From Laetmonice hystrix (lineage: Eukaryota), in the NCBI GenBank assembly GCA_965235115.1, contig OZ249436.1, forward strand, positions 15,750,001 through 15,814,000: a stretch of DNA of 64,000 nucleotides. The letters are read 5' to 3'. Below are positions 12,230 through 24,402 of this stretch, one piece after another. The notes under the pieces are model-generated. The model was given only the letters and a program-made list of their open reading frames with translations, was not told the DNA's origin and made no database searches. Each line of letters opens with the position of its first letter. The first letter of the stretch is position 1. The translations under genes and the position numbers were made by a program.

Positions 12230-13716
12230 GGACCTACACTAGAGTCTGCTAGAGCCAATAATATTTCTGAATGCATGTATCATATCCGCATACAGCGCAG
12301 AGAGCATAATTATTAGTCCCAGTTGCAATACTCGCCGAATAGGACTGTAGTAATAGTCCTTTATTGTATAAATAATTTACCCTGGTGTACATTCTTAACC
12401 TGTCGACCCCGGGGGCAAGAAAAAAGGACCTGTGCAAGAATTATTTTAACGTTATCAAACAGCCTTCACACAAATTAAATCATTTTTTACCTGATATTAG
12501 AAATGTGCCATATCCTTTACGAGCTGGGAATAAATACCCACTGGTGCATGTAAGCACTGAGAGATACAGGAAATCTTTTATCCCATTGGCTCTTAGTAAT
12601 TGGCAAGATGCTTCTTAATGTGTTTCTGTATCTTTGTAATTGATTAGTTTTAAGTATTTTTAGTTTCTTTTTCGTTTGTGTCTTGATCTCTTTTCTCTTT
12701 CTATTTTTTTTTATATCGGGTGGATAAAAAAAAACGCCCCGAACTTTAAACTCCAATATTTCAAAAAGTTTTGATTGTAATTCAATGAAATTTTTCTTAC
12801 TATCACTTTATGATGTTGTCTCTTAGTTGTTAATGTTACAACTCAATAGCTTGGATAATATTTCCGTAGCGCTGAAAACAAAAATCATTGTACAAAAGCG
12901 CAATGCCGGCCTAAAGTGAGTGGTAGTCGCACCAGAGTCCCTGGCCTCACACTAGAGTAGGTGTCAATCGGTCCCCCGTTTTCACTTCATACTGCTCTCA
13001 GTCTCTTTTTACATCGCCAAAGCACTTCCTGATCTATGATAGGGAATTATCTTCCCATTATTGGGAAATAAGCAGCGTTCTGGACGTGTTGCTAAACGTG
13101 ATAATGATACGATTTCCCTTAAACTTCTGCTTACAGTCATATCGTCCTAATGTTGCAGTTTCTCTGTATAGTTTGGCACATTAAACATCTGGGTTTCTCT
13201 AGAAGTACTAGGAATAGGACATAATTTATTATATCTAGTGGTTCACAACATTATACATATTGTAAAACATGCAAAAACTAAATATTGAAAATGTTTTTAC
13301 CCAAAGTACAATGCGGTGCATCAAACAGGTATCAAATTGGACACCTGGCAGCTGCATGATATTTGACCTAATTCCGGCATTGTGTTTTTAGACACTGATT
13401 TTTGTTTTTAGCGCCACGGGATTAATATCAAAGCTATTGAGCGGAAACTTTAACATACAAGAGATAATATCATGAAATTATATTAAGAGCAATTTTATTA
13501 AATTATAATGCAAAGTTATTGAAATATTAAAGTTTAAAGTTCGGGGCGTTTTTTTTTATCCACCCGATATATAGTGTTTTTGTATACTCTTAATGTATGT
13601 TCTTACAGCGTGTGCTTGTAATATTTAGTTAGTCGTTTATTTTTATTATACTTTTATATTGTATGTCAAATCCAACCCTTGGTTGCCAACAAACTTTAAT
13701 CAATCAAGCAATCAAT
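12230..13716 (+). mobile_element. 5'-truncated L2/CR1-group LINE 3' end, interrupted by a mariner element
   Basis: ORF 12385-12618 (KDLCKNYFNVIKQPSHKLNHFLPDIRNVPYPLRAGNKYPLVHVSTERYRKSFIPLAL) matches L2/Crack ORF2 C-termini. A T-rich 3'UTR ends in an AATCAATCAAGCAATCAAT tail at about 13698-13716. Confidence 0.7.
12716..13567 (-). mobile_element. Internally deleted Tc1/mariner element with ~200-bp TIRs and TA TSD
   Basis: TA|TCGGGTGGATAAAAAAAAACGCCCCGAACTTTAAACT ... AGTTTAAAGTTCGGGGCGTTTTTTTTTATCCACCCGA|TA, with inverted similarity continuing to about 12910/13372. The minus-strand relic KKRLRAV*SENGGPI resembles a Tc1/mariner transposase C-terminus. Confidence 0.85.
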
Positions 13717-14723
13717 ATGCGCATTCCATCTGCCAGTGCCATTTAGCGGGGCGCCATACGGTGGTCCGTATGGAACCCGTGTTGCATACGGACTGATTTG
13801 ATTGTACACGTTACAGGGTGACGCGGCGTTGGCTATGGGGCCCTATAGAAGCACAGGAGCATGTATTATAAATTACAGATGTGTCCTCTAACCGGCGTAA
13901 TTTGGGGAATAATAGCATAGTTTTTCTGAACTCGGGTGTTTCAAAACGCGCTCACGATGGGAATAATAAATCAATTTACATGGAAATTATTGCAAAAGAA
14001 ACTAGATATTTGGCTTTTGTTCAGTTTGAAATTTAATAAAAGGATTCAATTATTCGTTTTCGTACGACCATTTGAACCCATCAAAAAAGTATTTTTAAAC
14101 CCTGAAAACTTGTGACCTTTCTACCTAGCAGCGCTTGCCACGCAAAATGTGCCGCGACGACCTATACAAAAAGTACCCAGAATTATTCCCCACCTCGTAA
14201 GGTCTCCGCAGATGTCTTTCTTTTAGCAAGACTCCTGATAGTTATGAATACAGCGAGCTTTATTTGGCAATTTAACAGTTCCCAAAAACTTTGATAATGA
14301 CGTCAAATATCACCACAGACAGGGAGGTTCCAATCTAAGCTCTGTCGGATCAAGGGCCTACGGTGGTGTTTACAGAGGTATTATCATGCTATAATATTCT
14401 GAAAATATCTACTGATAGTGTCTGCTTCTGTAGTATTTTAACGGATCGTTCGATAACACGAGAACGAAACAGCAAAATAGTGGGGTCTATTATATGTTAG
14501 ATCTAGCCTTCTATTTACGACTGTACCGCACGTCGTACCTATGCCCGGACACGTGGAGACCTTTGAGCAGCAGCACTGCTATTTAAAACTATGAAATAAG
14601 GGTTGATTTTTATTACATTCAAGTTTACATAAACATTAATTAAGACTAACTCGTCAATCTAATATCAACTAGAAATGTTTCAAATCGGTGTTGAACTGGA
14701 TGACATTCCGACTTCCCAACTTA

Positions 14724-15117
14724 GGCGGGATTCACAAAACGGGTCGCGGTGCGGGGCGCAGCGAAGCGAAATTCTCGTCAGTTTTGGCTTTAAGTCATAT
14801 CCTATTGACCGTTCACAGACGGTAGCGGGACGAAGCGGTGCGAAGCGATGCCGCGCAGCCCTGGCGCAGCGAAAATTCAGTTTGGCTGGCCGAGCGAAAA
14901 ATGAAAGCGTGCTCTCTTCGCTGTCGGCGTCAGCCAATCAGATCAGGGCCAGCGGTGTGACTCGATCTACATTTGCATACACAGTGCAGGTATTATTGGA
15001 ACTGATTAGCATTTTTTCACGTGTGACGCATTGCCTGTGAATAAGCTCACGAAGCGTTGTTGTGCGTGGACCGTCGCTTCGCTGCGCCCCGCTCTGCCCG
15101 GTTTTGTGAATCCCGCC
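14724..15117. mobile_element. Harbinger-type (Tourist-like) MITE with TTA TSD
   Basis: TTA|GGCGGGATTCACAAAAC ... GTTTTGTGAATCCCGCC|TTA, with a further subterminal inverted match (GCGGGGCGCAGCGAAGCGA). Confidence 0.9.
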
Positions 15118-15967
15118 TTACCCTTCTGGAAGTCTTTATATAAAGCGTTGTTAGGCCTAATTTTTGTTCACAAGCAGAGTTCTGCTAACTCGCTAGTCTT
15201 GATCATCCAGAACCTAAAATATAGAATTAATCCTAGCCCAAACCTCACCCTGGAACTACTCTCCAGACCGCCCACTATAGTACACCCCTGCCCTTCGCCC
15301 TACCCTTTAGCCTGTACCTCCACACTCAGTCTCTACGGAAGGCTACCATGACAAATAACCGATCTGAGCAATAATAATAATAATATAGGATGCCCCAAGT
15401 TCAGCCCTGCTGACATGCGATCACTGATATTGCTTTCCTTTCATGAGCAGGAGAGCAGATGGGCAGAAAGAGATGGAACACTTGATCAGTAACAAATATA
15501 AAGGTGTATTTAGGGGCATAAAATAACATTTAGTGCTCTGGTCATTTCCGGATCATTCAGACGAGCTCCCGATTCCTATTCATCTTGACCTATGATTGGT
15601 TACTGTTGACGCATGTTTTGGATGGGGGTCACAGTATAGGGGTATCTCTAGTCTTGATCAGCCAGACCCAGCGGCCCGAGCAGAGGGTCTCGACAAGTTT
15701 GTATCTCCGAGTTGTTCGTACATAAGCGGCCCGTTTATAAGGTTTCAGATTCTGGTTTGGTCGCAGCTGATTGGTCAATTTACCGGAAATCTAGCAAGAG
15801 GCGCCACGCGTAAGAAAATAATATCTGATGTGATCAGGTCGAGTCCCTAGCGTTATGGAAGGGAAGTATATACCTAAGCCCGGACTATTCGGCCACAGGC
15901 TGACTTGTGCGAAACATTGTATCCGCATGATCGGTGTTGATCATGCAAGATAGAGTGTTGAGCTTTT

Positions 15968-16242
15968 TCAATCATTAATAACTCTTGACTGACGACATGG
16001 CAGCACGGGTGGGAGGGGGCGTGCTACTACCACGCCACCCTGCGACGAACAAATGTGAGGCACAACCCAGTCTCGTCACCCGACTCCCTTGCTGTGCGCG
16101 AGTCTGGGCAAGTTTGTGCATTGCATTTGTTCATCGCAGGGTGGCGTGGTAGTAGCACGCTCCCTGCCCAACCCGTGCTTCCATGTCGTAAGCGGATTCC
16201 GTAATTCCAAATGTGTCTCAGTTAACAGGTATTGATGATTGA
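15968..16242. mobile_element. Palindromic (hairpin) non-autonomous element
   Basis: ACGACATGGCAGCACGGGTGGGAGGGGGCGTGCTACTACCACGCCACCCTGCGACGAACAAATG pairs with 16124-16189, and outer TCAATCATTAATA pairs with TATTGATGATTGA. Related fragments occur at about 17030-17072 and 57540-57625. Confidence 0.7.
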
Positions 16243-16244
16243 CT

Positions 16245-16752
16245 ACTGCCCACACGGCCGATTTTTGCCCGGCCGATGCAGGCCCGATCGATCAGGTGAA
16301 AATCGGGTCGGGTGTAATTAATCGGGCCTAAATCGGCCCTGTTGATACACTGCACGGCCGACGAATCATCGGACAAATGACAGACGGTCGCCCGTGTTGC
16401 TTGTTTGTTTTTTCATACCACCTCGACCACTTCTTCTGCCGGCCATTTTGGTTGTTCATGTACTGTCGTATACAACCCTCACGTGACAACATGCATCTAG
16501 ACTAGAATCCGCCGCCGGTGAGAGAAACGGGAACTAAAACACGGCATTACCTCCGTCAGATCGGCTGAAACACGCCCGAAAATATCAAAAATTTTAGACA
16601 TTGTCGGGCATAAAGCCGATGCTTCCCAGATTCCTCAACCGGCGCCGGCTTAAGATCGGCCGTGTTGATACACTGCAGGCCCGACACGGCCGACGCAGAT
16701 TTCCATCGGGAGAGCGTCGGCCGGGTGAAAATTGGCCGTGTGAGCCTGCAGT
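16245..16752. mobile_element. Harbinger-type MITE rich in CGGCCGA motifs
   Basis: Imperfect TIR CACACGGCCGATTTT / AAAATTGGCCGTGTG, with an internal duplicated TGTTGATACACTGCA. Confidence 0.55.
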
Positions 16753-17982
16753 GTCACCGAATAGTCCAGGCCTAGGTATACTTCCCTCCCATAACGTTAA
16801 CCCTATAGGGACTAGACCTGATCACAGAAAATGCATGTAGGCCTATATCTTTACGCGTGGCGCCTTTTGCTGGATTTTCAGTAAATTGACCAATCAGCGG
16901 TGAGCAAACCGGAAACTGAAACCTTGTAAACAGGCCGCTTATGCACTCAACGCTCGCGAACAACTCAGAGATAGGAACTTGTCAAGACCCTCTGCTCGGG
17001 CCGCTGAGGGTCTGGATGATCAAGACTGGGCACACACTTGCCCAGACTCTCGGGAAGCAAGAGAGTCGGGTGATACCTCTCTCGTGCTATGGTCACGTGA
17101 TCACATCCATGCGGAATCATTATAGGAAGTGATTTTGTTGAACTATAGGCCAACAAACGAGGACGGCATAATCTATATCTTCAGGCGGTAGGATACAGAA
17201 CTGTTCACACGATGTTCCGACCGCCGAACACTGCATGCGGGAATTTCCGAGGATTTCCGATTCAGTATGATGCCAAGCGGTCATTAAATATTACATAAGG
17301 CAGAATTAGACAGAATCTTAATGTTACATTATTAAATCATATGCCTACTATTGTACATTTTAACGGCACCTGCATTTGCTAAGAGTTGTTATATGTGTTT
17401 TCTGACAATATTTCGGCCCTAGCTGCAGTGATAGACCTCCAAAGTGTTACACGACTATTTCCACCTGTCATTACTATGCACAGGGAAATGGTTATGTGAA
17501 GCAACCCCCTGAATCAGCTACGAGTGCGAGGAAAGGGCCTGATCTGAACTAAGCTCTCCTACCTGGATGGCTTTCTTTCATATTCAGAGGAAGTCCATAG
17601 GGATTATCCAGGCAACAGTTCCCCTTGAGCCTAAAAAAAAGTCAATGACCAGCGCAGATTCATCATCGACGCGAGGTAGAACCCACAGTGCTGTGTCCTT
17701 GCTCGAACCCCATAACAAATGTTTGAGTTGCTGTTCTCAGGTTCACTCGTTGGTGCGTGAACGACATGAAAAAAGCATCGACCAATCAAAGAAGTGCGAA
17801 TTTTCACGCCGCGATATGCAGACAGCTGAAATCTGTTATCTTTTAGATAAACAGCCACGTGGCAAATGCTGAGCGCATGACGGCGACTGTCACCCGGCTG
17901 TGCGTAGGATCAGGGAGGTATCCCAGGGGGAGGCGACAGCTCTGAACCACTCACGTACTTGATGGGTTCCAACACAAAGCAG

Positions 17983-18137
17983 GGGCCCGTCTCACTAAAG
18001 GCTGGTTATTAACCAGATCGTTAAGTTTACATAGGAGTGAATGGAAGGCTGCTGGTTACTGTAACCAGCAGCCTTCCATTCACTCCTATGTTAACTTAAC
18101 GATCTGGTTATTAACCAGCCTTTAGTGAGACGGGTCC
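17983..18137. mobile_element. 155-bp almost perfectly palindromic MITE with CAG TSD (Harbinger-like)
   Basis: CAG|GGGCCCGTCTCACTAAAGGCTGG...GCTGGTTAC T GTAACCAGC...CCAGCCTTTAGTGAGACGGGTCC|CAG, with about 3 mismatches and a centre near 18060. Confidence 0.9.
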
Positions 18138-19399
18138 CAGACTCGGTCACACAGACCCAGCATCATCTCCGATTGATCTTCTGTACAGAGGGCAGGGACC
18201 GACATCAAAACAGCTTCAGTGGCACGCACATAGACAGCCATGGAAGAGTTGGGTGGGTTCATGGATGGGAGAGGGGCAGTGTCAGTCCTTAAACTGAACG
18301 ACGTCTGAAGTATCCGTTTACCTATGGGAGCAATGAAAGCTCACATCATAATGAGAAACATGGCGATTCCCGTGTCTGCTTCCCTCGACTTGCTATACAT
18401 TTTCCTTTCTGAACGACCGCCCATAGTATAATGATATATATACTCGTATACACAGAAATGCTAAACTTAAGAATAACTCTCTCTCTCTCTCTCTGACTGC
18501 TTAAATGAATAGTGTCAATAATATTTCATATAGATTTTACAAATTGGCGAAAATACTGCTTGTATATATAGTCTGGTAATTATGTTCCATAGCACTGCCT
18601 ACTTGCCTGATTGGATTTCGTGAATATTTTTTTAAAATATTTAAAAAACAGCAAATTTGGAATGACGCGCGTCTATTCCTGGACCGGCAGCCTACCTACG
18701 CGATAGAGTTTTAGTCGTGCGACTTTACACCCTTTTCACAGAACGCGAGACTATAGCCGCAATCACGTGATCATCTCACCCGTTGCAACGCTATATCTGC
18801 AGGTCAGACATTCCCGATGGCAGAAAGCAGCGTTGTTTTTGAGTGTTCCCGACAAGAAATGTGGAATGTGAAGGTGACAGTGCATTTCGCTGCGGTCTGT
18901 TTACAATACATACGTATCTTAATCCTAGGAATTATCCTCGGGACAGAAGGTGCATAGATTTTGACGAGGTAAGCGTGAAACCATGCCGAACTGGCTTCCT
19001 GGAACGCTCAACCAGGTTGACAGGGTTCCTTTAATATACAAATTGCTCCTGGCTATACGCACTGTAACAATTTTCTAGTACTGTTTTAGATCGTGACCTT
19101 TGGCACCGGTTTAATTATGTAGAAGCAATCAGGTCCTATTTTAGGTTCAGTACGTTCCGCCCTTGGGAAGACGAAGCTATAAATGTTCGAATCACGCACG
19201 ACTCTTGAGTAATGCTAGATCTTCCAGGCAGTCGAGATTTGACCGGAGTGCTCAGATTTAATGGTGGTTATTGGAAGATAGAATCTTCAATAACCGCACA
19301 GTATAGGCTCGAAGTATGAGAATGGATAAATTATCTTAGTTCCTATAAAGATTAATGTTTTTCTTGGCCAGCTGAAATAGACGTGATTTGACTGAGAAT

Positions 19400-19800
19400 G
19401 AGTATAGGACTCGGTAGCTACAGAAGGTCCAGCATAGAGACCGGAGGTCGGCAGTTATAGCAAGGACTGTGCGACAGTGTCCGTCCAACACGCTCCTTGC
19501 GGGCCTCAGACGTACCTTCACCCTGTGACCTTCCTTTTAAGAAGCGCAATCTGTTAACCTGGAAACGGAAATGGTTGCAGGCTGCATGACGTGCTTGAAG
19601 GGGAAGGAAGATGAGGTTGGCTTGCCAAGTGGAACAAAGTCCGCTTAAATCAAGTAGAGCCTTTAGCAAAGATCGGCAATACACTTTTAACAGTTTCTGG
19701 TATAATTATAAATCAAAATCAAAGTGTAAGAAGTAGCTGGTAAAAACTGAACTGAATCTTTTCACAGAGAGCCTTTCATTCCCCGTCAAAGATACACGCG
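19400..19800 (-). mobile_element. Possible Penelope-like element 5' relic
   Basis: ORF 19418-19684 contains RHAACNHFRFQVNRLRFLK, reminiscent of Penelope N-termini. No RT or GIY-YIG motifs are seen. Confidence 0.25.
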
Positions 19801-21136
19801 GGGAGAGGCAATACCTGCACTGATCGATGTATGGAGGATGTCGAGATAGAGGACCTAAGCACACTTCTAGAGAAAGAAGACTTCTAATCACGCAAGGTTG
19901 TCTACAATATTTACTGCACACACACACCCCTACACACATTAATGTGAGCATACCGTCGTCACACTCCCGCCTGCCCGACCTCCAGCATCCACGCATTTAA
20001 TATATTTATACACCCCTTTACATACATTAATAAAACTGCACATACACCCAGACATGTACATCATGCATTGTCACCATGCTTAGCAAGCTCAGCCAGTTAC
20101 TACTCATTACCTCCGTCGATCATTAAACGACTTCTGACGGCACTTGTGCATGCTAACGGTTACACATAGTACTTGGGATGACAAGTCCTTGCAGTTTCTT
20201 TATCTTAAATGTTCACTCGCTCGCTGCGCTGTCGGCGTTTTCAAACTGATATCTGTGAAGAACGATTGAGTAATCTGCGGCTAATTACACACTCTGTAAT
20301 CCCTCCCAATATCAGGTTATTGTGCATGAGGGCATTTAATAAAATTAGGGGTCTACAAGAAATCTTGTTTGGTACATAATTTCTGCCAAGATGTAGTTTC
20401 AATGTGTTCTGCGCCGATCTCGTGATAGTTTTTCTATTTCTTCATATTTATCTTGAAACTTGTCTGCATGCAGCAGACGGCAAGGAAAGGTATATTTATG
20501 TGAAAAGCTCTCTCTTCTTCCGATCACGTATTTAATCAATGGAAACATACATCAGCTGCAGGACTGCCTATATTTGAGGATCAGAATTACTGTTCACGTT
20601 CTTGGATACGGATAGAACAAGAATAATATTTGCGATGCTGCATGCATTCGGTCAGTTATACTGAAACGTCCCAGTCGCTGAAATCTTTCCGAGTTTTCCC
20701 GTAAAACTATAGCATAATCCATTCTTAGCATCGGAGAGCATCGGTGTGATGGTCGTGATCTGCCTGTAAATGACATTTAAAAGCGTGACTCAAGAATGGA
20801 TTATTTTGTGGAGTGTGGTTTTTCAGGATCGTCTGGAGACCGGCAGCTGGGCCGCCACACCGCGTGGGCCCAATGTATGAAACCCTTCCAGGTAAATCCC
20901 ACGCAATGCCCCTCCTCCTACACAGTTGTGTGGAATTCACTGGAACAAACTCTGGCCACATTCATGTCTGAAAACCACGCGAGAACCTAGAGAACCTTAT
21001 CATGGGTAATCATGTTTTACTATTTAGAGCCTATACTTTATTCCTTAGTTGGTCTATCATTTTTTCCGATTGTCGATTTAGCCTTATGATACTAGTTCTT
21101 CATTGTCGACAATTGGGAAATATCCTAATAACGGGG

Positions 21137-21375
21137 TTCTTCTTCTTCTTCTTCTTCTTCTTCTTCATGTTCCTCTTCTTCTTCTTCTTCTTCTTCTTCT
21201 TCTTCTTCTTCTTCTTCTTCTTCTTCTTCTTCTTCTTCTTCTTCTTCTTCTTCTTCTTCATGTTCCTCTTCTTCTTCTTCTTCTTCTTCTTCATGTTCCT
21301 CTTCTTCTTCTTCTTCTTCTTCTTCTTCATGTTCCTCTTCTTCATGTTCCTCTTCTTCCTTGCCCTCTTCTTCTT
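21137..21375. repeat. (CTT)n microsatellite with recurring CATGTTCCT interruptions
   Basis: Read directly from the sequence; it explains the poly-F/L/K ORFs. Confidence 0.98.
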
Positions 21376-21450
21376 GTCTTGGATAGCTTTCTATTTGAGG
21401 TTACAAGGTTCCGCGGTTTTCATCTTTTAGAAAATCTTTCTCCTTAACTC

Positions 21451-21572
21451 TGCTCCACTACACGGACAGTGTTTGTAAAATGCTCCACTACACGGACAGT
21501 GTTTGTAAAATGCTCCACTACACGGACAGTGTTTGTAAAATGCTCCACTACACGGACAGTGTTTGTAAAATG
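21451..21572. repeat. 30-bp tandem repeat, 4 copies
   Basis: TGCTCCACTACACGGACAGTGTTTGTAAAA, four identical copies. Confidence 0.98.
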
Positions 21573-22217
21573 TACTGACTACGTTAACAATGATATGAAG
21601 AGGGACTTGGAATCATGTCTGAGAGCATAATCTCTGTTCTATGAACCGTCTACATTATACATCCCATCGGTCCTGATAAAAGACCATTTCGATGAAGGAC
21701 GTTAGATTAAGCATCCCTTTGACGGTACCATCCCTTTCAGTTGATCTAACAAAGTAAAAGAGCTCACTGAAGTGAAGGTACATCTGGTTTTAGATTCCCT
21801 CGTTCGAAGTCGATGGGAACTTCATGACTGAATAGCAAGGTCACATTGGCCATGATAAAACAACCCGGATGGTGTGATTTCAGACAGGAATAGATCATTA
21901 TATCCTCACCATCGGTGGCCTGTCTATACATGGTACGTCCACAAGGGTCTCCTCAGCACTGACATTCCTTCCATTACACCATGCGGAGATTCGATTGCAG
22001 GCGGGGACAGAAGCGGAAATATTATCCCATGATAGAACAAAAAACATGAACCTCCATTATGACTCTTTATTGCCTTCTAATAAAACCGTCTACATCGGTT
22101 TATACCAGGATCAATTAATTTTACGTTAAAATAAATATAGAAATCCACTGCCAGTAGGCTACATAATGATCAGTAGGCCTTTTTAAAATTATTAACATAA
22201 TCACGACAGCATTATGA

Positions 22218-22880
22218 CTACGCCAGTGCCAGGATTACCTTAACAGTCAATGTTCGGTAGAAATCATGTGTAGCTCTAACTAGGAAAATATGGATTCCGT
22301 CTCATTTCAAAAAGATGTGTGTAGGGGGGAGGGTCCATTGTCCTGCTCGACCACCAAAGCTCCTTTTTTAGGGGAGTGGCGGTGGCCTAGTGGGCATGGA
22401 TGTCGACACCTTATGCTATGCGAATGGGTGCAGTAATCTAAGGGCCTGGGTTCGATTCCTGTAGAGGACTATACAACTTTCCTCTTTAGGGACATTGTCA
22501 AAGTAATTGGGTTACCCCTGATGCCCGTGCATTTCAAAAGAAAAATACAGTCTACGCCAGTGCCAGGATTACCTTAACAGTCAATGTTCGGTAGAAATCA
22601 TGTGTAGCTCTAACTAGGAAAATATGGATTCCGTCTCATTTCAAAAAGATGTGTGTAGGGGGGGAGGGTCCATTGTCCTGCTCGACCACCAAAGCTCCTT
22701 TTTTCGGGGAGTGGCGGTGGCCTAGTGGGCATGGATGTCGACACCTTATGCTATGCGAATGGCTGCAGTAATCTTAGGGCCTGGGTTCGATTCCTGTAGA
22801 GGACTATACAACTTTTCTCTTTAGGGACATTGTCAAAGTAATTGGGTTACCCCTGATGCCCGTGCATTTCAAAAGAAAAA
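22218..22880 (+). repeat. Tandem duplication of a 334-bp unit containing a tRNA-like Pol III promoter (SINE-like)
   Basis: Units start at 22218 and 22552 and are nearly identical. Each has A box TGGCCTAGTGG (22383), B box GGTTCGATTCC (22449) and an A-rich end. Confidence 0.85.
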
Positions 22881-23733
22881 AAAGACAGCATGATGACACT
22901 AGATGAAACTAGGAACATTCCGAATGGCGTCTTCACACTGATTTCAACCCGAACAACCGGTCGTCGAAGTTTCAGTCGGTGACGAAAGACTTATTCTCTG
23001 AATAATGCCGCTGGACGATCCTTCTGCAAACAAAAAGGTTACCTGAACTTAGTTTCGATCATCAGACCCTTTTTCCCCGCTAGAGGCCCCTCGTCGCTCG
23101 AAAAAAGGGTCTGGACACAAACGCCTATCTAGGTTACACGAACACGGTGGCCGTGATAGAAAATTATCATCGGCGCTGATTGGGCGAGAGAGTCAGGGGG
23201 CCCGCCAATCTCCCATAATGCAGAGGGGCTCGCTCCACTACCCCTCTGCCACACATGACCTTTGCGGAGGGAAATCAGCTATAGTCGCAAGTCGGTTGGC
23301 CAATTTCGGGATGATTCCATATACTTCGTGTGTTTCCGACTAGGTACTTCCGTGCAACATAGCGGCTGCAGATGATTTCTCCGAAGATTTGGATGTTTGT
23401 GTGGAATCATATTCTGAGAGTCTGCGCCTTAAATGTAAACAACCTCAGCAAAATCGAGCAGCCACGATTCGAGCTCGGCAATGTTGGGCTGATCTGGTCG
23501 GGGATTTCTAGGTCAGGTCAGGGGTCACTCAAACGGCAGTATCCAATGTGTGGCAGAGATTGAACGAAGGGAACGATCTCTGTCCGGGTAGTGGGGTCCC
23601 GCCTTGGCCACATCCAAATATGGGAAGTCAGGTCAGGGTGCTGACATCTGGTGGCATCATCCCGCAGATGTATTTGCCTCCAGGCCGTATACCCAGCTTG
23701 CGGATAGGAGGACTGGTGGTGGAGTCTAACCAG

Positions 23734-23995
23734 GGCTCGTTTTTTTTGTTTACTTTTCCACCGTGAGCAAGCGTGAGCTGAGCTGAGCAAGGGTGAGCAG
23801 AACCTCATGCTTACCGTTTTGCTCACTGTTTTCGTTTTTTGGGGTGTTTTTCCGCGAGCTTGCTTGCCATGAGCACACTTCATGGAAAAAAGCAACCAAA
23901 AAAGCACGAAAACGGTGAGAATGAGTTCATGCTCACCCTTGCTCAGCTCAGCTCACCCTTGCTCACGATGGAAAAGTAAACCAAAAAAACGGGCC
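23734..23995. mobile_element. Palindromic MITE with CAG TSD (Harbinger-like)
   Basis: CAG|GGCTCGTTTTTTTTGTTTACTTTTCCACCGTGAGCAAG ... CTTGCTCACGATGGAAAAGTAAACCAAAAAAACGGGCC|CAG, with ~100-bp arms rich in TGAGC. Confidence 0.85.
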
Positions 23996-24402
23996 CAGTG
24001 CCTCGTGATCCCTACCTTGAGCAGACTACTGAGGCGCAGGTGTGCTGAAGACGGAATGTCAGCACTGGTTTCAGCTGTTGAATACATGGGTGGTGAAATA
24101 AGCCGTGAAAAGGTTCCCTCCCGACTAGATTGGTGGAACAAGTTGACGTTGCTACAGCCACTTAAACGACGACTGGTAATGAATGGAGGGGGATAGTGCT
24201 GGTTGACCCCATGTGTTCCTTTCAGTAAGACCTTAACACTCCAAGTTTAGAGGATCGACCTGCTCTATAGAGACGATGTCACCGGAATTGCCGCTGACAG
24301 GTGAAACGCTAGGTGACATCGTTTCTATGCATTTAGAAAGACTTTTGATGTCCAGATCAACTATATGTACTCTATTAATTAATTTATTGATTGTCTGCAC
24401 GC

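Larger units (their letters stand above)
15649..17028. mobile_element. Composite element: ~250-bp inverted arms (15649-15892, 16757-17028) enclosing a palindromic element and a MITE; possibly Academ-related
   Basis: The arms align in inverted orientation along their length (TAGTCTTGATCAGCCAGACCC vs GGGTCTGGATGATCAAGACTG). No TSD is visible. The Academ link rests only on the TAG terminus. Confidence 0.65.

Noticed and set aside
21002..21447. Poly-F/L/K ORFs (also RDRE-type ORFs at 10.1-11.0 kb and poly-E at 39933-40211)
   Set aside because: These are translations of microsatellites.
22376..22470. Functional tRNA gene
   Set aside because: A and B boxes are present, but the acceptor stem does not pair, the T stem is imperfect and no clear anticodon arm is visible.
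23540..24300. Non-LTR retrotransposon C-terminal relic around the 23734 MITE
   Set aside because: There is only a faint resemblance (GYTAWRQIHL..RCQH..SHI), too degenerate to support without BLASTX.
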